From: Candidatus Aminicenantes bacterium
GTDB lineage: Bacteria > Acidobacteriota > Aminicenantia > JAMOAD01
Assembly (NCBI GenBank): GCA_027067555.1
Contig: JAMOVU010000191.1
Span: 6,750 to 70,749, forward strand
Direction of reading: 5' to 3'
Length of the DNA stretch: 64,000 nt
Shown: one piece after another, positions 58,728 through 64,000 of the stretch
How positions within the stretch are numbered: the first letter of the stretch is position 1
Layout: the number at the start of each line of letters is the position of its first letter
The notes under the pieces: generated by a model
What the model was told of the DNA's origin: nothing
What the model saw: the letters and a program-made list of their open reading frames with translations, nothing else
Databases searched by the model: none
Made by a program: the position numbers and the translations under genes

Positions 58728-59717
58728 TTAAAACCTGATCTTTATTATTTTTGATTTTTTGCTTTTGTTTCCTGTTTTGTCAACGGCAATAATGTAAAAG
58801 TAGTAAGTTCTTACCTTTTTGTCTTTCTTTTTAAAGATAAATTTATTTTCTTTTATGGGCTTATCATTAGGGATATTTCGGAATATTGTGCCATTGGTAC
58901 TTGTAAAAATTAGATACCCTTCTATATCTTTTTCCGGAGGTTTGTTCCATTGAATTATAAGGAACCCTTCTGGTGATACCAGGTATCTTATGTTCTCTGG
59001 AGGGGAAGGAGGTCTTTTATCTTTAAAAAGGAATACTATGGGCTTTGAGAGCTCTGTTTCTACAAGGTCTCTTTCTCTTATAATTCCCGAAAGATAGTAT
59101 ACTGTCTTTTCTTCAGCTCTTAAATTATCATTAAATTCTGTAGTCTCCCCATCAAGTTTTTTGTAGAATTTTTTTGTATCATTTTTGTAAATATAGAAAC
59201 CTTCAAAATCTTCTTCACTCTCCCATTTGAAATTAATCTTGTTATCTTTGATTTCTTTTGAGATTATTTTTGGAGGTGATTTTGATTCTAATATGGTGAA
59301 TTTTATTTCATCACTTTTTGATTCAAGCTTTTTATTATAAGAATAAACTTTTAAGATAAGCTCTCCAGTTGAAGGTGGTGTAAACTCCGCAAAAAACTTC
59401 CCATCCTCTATTTTCACATTTTCTTTTTCGTAAAAGACAGTTTTTTTTATTGTGCTACTCGTGGTTTCTTCCTCTTTTTGTTTTATTATGTACCCTTTTA
59501 TTAGAATTTTGGAAAGGAAATTAAGAGGGGTTCCATTCTTAAGTTTGTTGGGGTATGAGATTTTTATAAGGATCTTGTTTCCTCTTTGAGAGACTTTTAT
59601 TTCAGTGGGTTTCGGAGGGATTGGTAAAGGCTTAATTATAAGTGGCCCTCTTTCTCCGCAAAAACTAAAGAAGAGAATAAAAACGAATAAAAATGAAACT
59701 CTTTTTTCTCTTATCAC
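58728..59717 (-). CDS. Hypothetical secreted protein with FN3-like repeats, 329 aa
   Basis: Signal peptide [13 protein letters not shown] and beta-rich FN3-like segments. Confidence 0.45.
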   Translation of the reverse strand: MIREKRVSFLFVFILFFSFCGERGPLIIKPLPIPPKPTEIKVSQRGNKILIKISYPNKLKNGTPLNFLSKILIKGYIIKQKEEETTSSTIKKTVFYEKENVKIEDGKFFAEFTPPSTGELILKVYSYNKKLESKSDEIKFTILESKSPPKIISKEIKDNKINFKWESEEDFEGFYIYKNDTKKFYKKLDGETTEFNDNLRAEEKTVYYLSGIIRERDLVETELSKPIVFLFKDKRPPSPPENIRYLVSPEGFLIIQWNKPPEKDIEGYLIFTSTNGTIFRNIPNDKPIKENKFIFKKKDKKVRTYYFYIIAVDKTGNKSKKSKIIKIRF

Positions 59718-61096
59718 AATATATACTTTGAAAGATCCTGGTCTTCTACTATGCCGGTTAATCTTTCGTCTATGTACTTTTTGTCTATCACAATTTTTTT
59801 ACCCCGTAACTCCGGTGCATTGAAAGAAATCTCCTCCATTACCTTTTCTATAATTGTGTGAAGTCTTCTTGCCCCTATGTTTTCAGTCTCCTGATTAACC
59901 TTTTCAGCAAGTTTAGCTATTTCATGAATTGCTTCATCCTTAAACTCAACCTCTACATCCTCTGTTTTCATTAGTGCTATATACTGTTTTGTAAGAGCGT
60001 TTTTTGGCTCTGTTAAAATTCTTACGAATTCCTCTTCTCCCAATGGATGAAGTTCAACTCTTATGGGGAATCTTCCTTGAAGCTCCGGTATAAGATCAGA
60101 GGGTTTTGAAACATGAAAGGCACCTGCTCCTATGAATAGAATGTGATCTGTTTTTACGATTCCATATTTTGTATAAACGGATGTTCCTTCTATTAAGGGT
60201 AAAAGATCTCTTTGAACTCCTTCTCTGCTAACATCCGGGCCTCTTCCTCCTTCTCTCCCCGCTATCTTATCTATTTCATCAAGAAAAATAATTCCGGTTT
60301 GTTCTACCAGCTCAAGAGCTATTTTTATAACTTCATCCATGTCGATCATACTTTTTTCTTCTTCTTCAAGAAGATACTTTTTAGCCTCCGCAACAGTCAT
60401 AGTCTTTTTCTTTGTCTTTTTTGGGAACATATCCGGAAAGATTCCCTGAATTGAAATACCAATTTCTTCAAGGCCTGTATTGGAAAATATCTCCAGAGGT
60501 TTTATGCTCTTTTCACTTACTTCTATTTCGACTTTTCTTTGATCCAGATCTCCGTTTCTTAATTTTTCTCTCCATTTTTCTCGTGTCTTTTTCCATCTTT
60601 CAACCTTTTTCTCAAATTCTTCATTTCCTTCTTCTGCGATGAATTTTGGTTGAGGTAAGAGAATATCCAGTAACTTTTCTTCTGCCTTTTGCTCTGCTTT
60701 TTTCTTAATTTCCTTTATCTTTTGGGATTTTACCATATCTACGGAAATCTCTGTTAAATCTCTTATCATTGTTTCAACATCTCTTCCCACATATCCTACT
60801 TCAGTGAATTTTGATGCCTCTATTTTAAGAAAAGGAGAGGATGTTAGTTTGGCAAGTCTTCTTGCGATCTCAGTTTTACCCACCCCGGTGGGTCCTATCA
60901 TTAAAATATTTTTAGGTGCGATATCATCTGCTATCTCTTTTGGAAGGAGTTTTCTTCTATATCTATTCCTGAGAGCAATTGCTACAGCTTTTTTAGCATC
61001 TGCCTGACCCACAATATATTTATCAAGCTCTTCAACAATTTCCTTCGGGGTTAACTCCTGTCTTTTATAAAAGTCATCCAAATTTCCATTTTTCAT
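59714..61096 (-). CDS. hslU: ATP-dependent protease ATPase subunit HslU
   Basis: [21 protein letters not shown] and the I-domain. Confidence 0.92.
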   Translation of the reverse strand: MKNGNLDDFYKRQELTPKEIVEELDKYIVGQADAKKAVAIALRNRYRRKLLPKEIADDIAPKNILMIGPTGVGKTEIARRLAKLTSSPFLKIEASKFTEVGYVGRDVETMIRDLTEISVDMVKSQKIKEIKKKAEQKAEEKLLDILLPQPKFIAEEGNEEFEKKVERWKKTREKWREKLRNGDLDQRKVEIEVSEKSIKPLEIFSNTGLEEIGISIQGIFPDMFPKKTKKKTMTVAEAKKYLLEEEEKSMIDMDEVIKIALELVEQTGIIFLDEIDKIAGREGGRGPDVSREGVQRDLLPLIEGTSVYTKYGIVKTDHILFIGAGAFHVSKPSDLIPELQGRFPIRVELHPLGEEEFVRILTEPKNALTKQYIALMKTEDVEVEFKDEAIHEIAKLAEKVNQETENIGARRLHTIIEKVMEEISFNAPELRGKKIVIDKKYIDERLTGIVEDQDLSKYIL

Positions 61097-61641
61097 TATA
61101 AAACCTCTATTATTATATTCTCATTAGTATAAATACAGATTTCTGATGCAATCTTTAAAGATTTTTTAACTATTTCCTCTGCATCCAAATCAGTATTTCT
61201 TAAAAGAGCTCTTGCGGCTGCGAGCGCATAGGGACCTCCTGAACCTATTGCAATCACATTATCTTCAGGCTCTATAAGATCCCCTGTTCCTGAAATAAGG
61301 AAAATAGTCTCTTTATCTGCTACTAAAAGAAGAGCTTCAAGTCTTCTTAAATATTTGTCCATTCTCCAATCTTTCGAGAGTTCAACTGCCGCTCTTCTTA
61401 GATTTCCTCTGTATTCATCAAGTTTTGCTTCAAATTTTGAGAAGAGTGTAAAGGCATCCGAAGTTGCTCCGGCAAAGCCAGCGAGAACCTTCTCTTTATA
61501 AAGCCTTCTTACTTTTTGTGCATTACTTTTGATAATTGTATTGCCAAGAGTGACCTGTCCATCTCCTCCTATTACTGTTTTTCCATCTTTTTTTAATGCA
61601 AGAATTGTAGTACTTCTTATTGCTTTATTTTCGCTTTCCAT
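61096..61641 (-). CDS. hslV: ATP-dependent protease subunit HslV
   Basis: [24 protein letters not shown], which includes the N-terminal Thr nucleophile after Met removal. Confidence 0.92.
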   Translation of the reverse strand: MESENKAIRSTTILALKKDGKTVIGGDGQVTLGNTIIKSNAQKVRRLYKEKVLAGFAGATSDAFTLFSKFEAKLDEYRGNLRRAAVELSKDWRMDKYLRRLEALLLVADKETIFLISGTGDLIEPEDNVIAIGSGGPYALAAARALLRNTDLDAEEIVKKSLKIASEICIYTNENIIIEVL

Positions 61642-61734
61642 TTATTCTCTCCTTTGAGCTATAATTTACCTCTTTTAGTATTTTTAGTCAAGGTAAAAAT
61701 TATTCTTTCCTTATTTTTTGTTTGTTATGCTTTT

Positions 61735-64000
61735 TTAAATTATACGGTTAAGTTTCTTTTTTTTCAAAAATGAATTGAATTTTTTGAGCTCTGTTTTTTC
61801 AAAGGATTCTATCTTTTGTATGGTGTTTTCATATTCAGGGACTAACTCTTCCCTGTAAGTTTTTAGTACTGCTTTTGACGGAGCGGAAAAAGATCTCTGA
61901 ACCGCTGTGTAAATATTCATGAGATTTTCAAGAATTTTATTACCTTCCATCCAGTAATTTTTTGAATATCTTGCTATGCTTTTTTTCAATTCTATTGTTC
62001 TTTTGAGAAAATTATCAATTTCTTTAATGCTTTCCCGGTCTGGAGTTTCCGATTGATTTAATAAAGTTTTCTTTAAATTTTGAAGCTGAAATTCAATATT
62101 ATCAAGTTTTCTAAGTTTTAAATTTAGATTTGAAATTTGCTCTCTTAATTTAAGAGTAAAGTTGAGCTGTTTTTTTAGTCCTTCCGGATCGTATTTTACA
62201 GTTGGGTCAATTTTTACGAAAATTATTTTTTTCTCCTTTATCCCGCCTGCGCTTATTTCTATTTCATACTTCCCGGGTAAGACCTGTGGCCCAACAGTAC
62301 CACCAAACCATCCTCTAACTGCTTTCCCTCCTACTTTTCTCGGAGTTGCCGGATCATATCTAAGGTCCCAAACAATATAATTAATTCCTTTTTTAAGAGT
62401 TATTTTTTCTTTTCTAATTAATTTCCCTTTCTCATCATAAACTTTGAGATATGAAGGTTTCTTCGCTTCTTTTTTTAGGTAGTAATATATTTTTGCTCCG
62501 TATGGAGGATTCTCTCCCACATAGATGCTATCTCCCATAAATTCTCTTATACTGTATGTTTTAAAAAGGATGGGCTCTTTTATGGAAAAAATTTGAAAAT
62601 TACTTTTTGCTATTTTTTTAATTTCCTCCAGGGGAGAAATATTATCAAGTATCCAGATTCCTCTCCCATGAGTAGCTAATATTAAGTCTTTATTGTGGAT
62701 TTTTATATCATAAATAGGAACATTAGGTAGATTGGACATATTTAATCTTTCCCAATTCTTACCTCCATCCCATGAAACAAAAAGGCCGAGTTCAGTTCCT
62801 GCAAAAAGAAGATTTTTATTTATGGGATCTTCTTTTATCACATGGACATATGCTCTTTTAGGGAGGTTGGAAGATATCTTTTTCCATGTTTTCCCAAAAT
62901 CCTCTGTTTTAAAAATATAAGGGGAAAAATCATTGAACATATGTCTGTCAAAGGAGACATAAGCGCTACTTTTTGAGAAATTTGATGGTTCCACATAAGA
63001 AACATAAGTTTCTTTTTTTAGTTTTTTTATGTTTTTTATAACATTTATCCAATTTTTTCCACCGTCTTTTGTGAAATGAAGATTACCATCATCCGTACCA
63101 GCCCAGAGAATCTTTTCATCAATGGGAGATTCTGAAAGAGCTGTTATTGTACTGTAATATTCAGCCGTTGTATTTTCATTATAAAGGGGTTCGCCACCTC
63201 CCTTTTCTCTGTCTTTTAGATCTGAGGTGAGATCCGGGCTAATTATTTCCCAGTTTAAACCAAAATCTTCGGATTTAAAAACAACATTTCCGGCAAAATA
63301 TACTCTGTCTTCATTAAAGTGAGATTTTATAATAGGAGAATTCCAATTAAATCTATACTTAAGGTGGTAGACAGGTCCTCCATCATTTCTTTTGGGATAA
63401 GGAGTGTTTGCTATTTCTTCGCCAGTGTTAAGATTTACAAGGGATATTCCACCAGCTTGAAACTCTGAAAGGTATAATCCTCTTTTATTTTTATTGGCTA
63501 CAACATAAAAACCATCTCCCCCACCTATTTTAAACCAAAAATCATTTAATATTCCATAATAATATTTTGTTTGGGATGGTCCGCACCAGCTTCCATTATC
63601 CTGAAGGCCTCCGCAAACATAGTAAAAAGGTTCTCTTTCATCTATACTTACATGGTAAAATTGAGATATTGTAAGATTATTTATAAAATTCCATGTTTTT
63701 CCTCGATCATAAGAGATTGCAAGACCTCCGTCGTTCCCTACTATTAAATGACCGGAATCTTTAGGATCTATCCATAATGTATGGAAATCAACATGAATTT
63801 TTCGGGCAATTCTCTTAAATGATTTTCCCCCATCCTCTGAAAGCCAAAGTCTTGATGAAACAGCGTATATCCTATTTTCATCATTCGGGTCAATCCTTAA
63901 TTCGGTGTAATAAAAACCTCTGTTTACTATTTCAAAGTTTTTATTTATTGGTTTAAAGGTAATTCCTCTGTCTTCTGATTTGAAAAGCACATAACCTTTT
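61735..64000 (-). CDS. BNR/sortilin (VPS10)-like repeat protein. The N-terminus runs off the window end.
   Basis: Multiple BNR motifs (SEDGGKSF, SYDRGKTW, TKDGGKNW, TEDFGKTW, SWDGGKNW). Confidence 0.7.
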   Translation of the reverse strand, partial: KGYVLFKSEDRGITFKPINKNFEIVNRGFYYTELRIDPNDENRIYAVSSRLWLSEDGGKSFKRIARKIHVDFHTLWIDPKDSGHLIVGNDGGLAISYDRGKTWNFINNLTISQFYHVSIDEREPFYYVCGGLQDNGSWCGPSQTKYYYGILNDFWFKIGGGDGFYVVANKNKRGLYLSEFQAGGISLVNLNTGEEIANTPYPKRNDGGPVYHLKYRFNWNSPIIKSHFNEDRVYFAGNVVFKSEDFGLNWEIISPDLTSDLKDREKGGGEPLYNENTTAEYYSTITALSESPIDEKILWAGTDDGNLHFTKDGGKNWINVIKNIKKLKKETYVSYVEPSNFSKSSAYVSFDRHMFNDFSPYIFKTEDFGKTWKKISSNLPKRAYVHVIKEDPINKNLLFAGTELGLFVSWDGGKNWERLNMSNLPNVPIYDIKIHNKDLILATHGRGIWILDNISPLEEIKKIAKSNFQIFSIKEPILFKTYSIREFMGDSIYVGENPPYGAKIYYYLKKEAKKPSYLKVYDEKGKLIRKEKITLKKGINYIVWDLRYDPATPRKVGGKAVRGWFGGTVGPQVLPGKYEIEISAGGIKEKKIIFVKIDPTVKYDPEGLKKQLNFTLKLREQISNLNLKLRKLDNIEFQLQNLKKTLLNQSETPDRESIKEIDNFLKRTIELKKSIARYSKNYWMEGNKILENLMNIYTAVQRSFSAPSKAVLKTYREELVPEYENTIQKIESFEKTELKKFNSFLKKKKLNRII

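Overview
This is a 64 kb window from a low-GC, K/I/E-rich diderm bacterium (BamA/TamB and an LPS heptose pathway are present). Almost every gene lies on the minus strand; the exceptions are mutS, tRNA-Ser and the partial RND efflux gene at the window start. The window has two parts.

Defense island, about 1.0-14.5 kb. A minus-strand Type I restriction-modification operon is split by inserted genes. Reading from 14344 down to 1412 the order is: hsdM; an AlbA_2/HATPase_c_4 (Schlafen-like) protein; a 270-aa protein with a class III nucleotidyl-cyclase-like palm signature; hsdS; a PD-(D/E)xK nuclease-like protein of 338 aa overlapping a 733-aa SF2 helicase (a Hachiman HamA/HamB-like pair); an IS200-like REP-associated tyrosine transposase (RAYT); hsdR. 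A ~145-bp REP/REPIN-like repeat with GTAG termini occurs in 8 whole or partial copies, all inside this island, at its module boundaries. One copy is inserted in-frame inside the RAYT gene. Imperfect ~24-bp direct repeats centred on the palindrome AATTCRTGAATT flank the island at 1378 and 14348.

Housekeeping region, 14.5-64 kb. It encodes rpsA, ispH, methionine-salvage and amino-acid enzymes, an ECF sigma/anti-sigma/Spy-like triad, murA, gmd, dnaB, rplI-rpsR-rpsF, pth, rplY, prs, tRNA-Gln, ispE, the heptose/LPS genes, tRNA-Ser, mutS, tRNA-Glu, a Ser/Thr kinase, mfd, bamA, tamB, tal, hslUV and a BNR-repeat protein. bamA appears split by a 1-nt frameshift in an A6G5 homopolymer between its signal peptide and POTRA1.

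Every call is made from motifs read directly in the translations and DNA. No database search was run.
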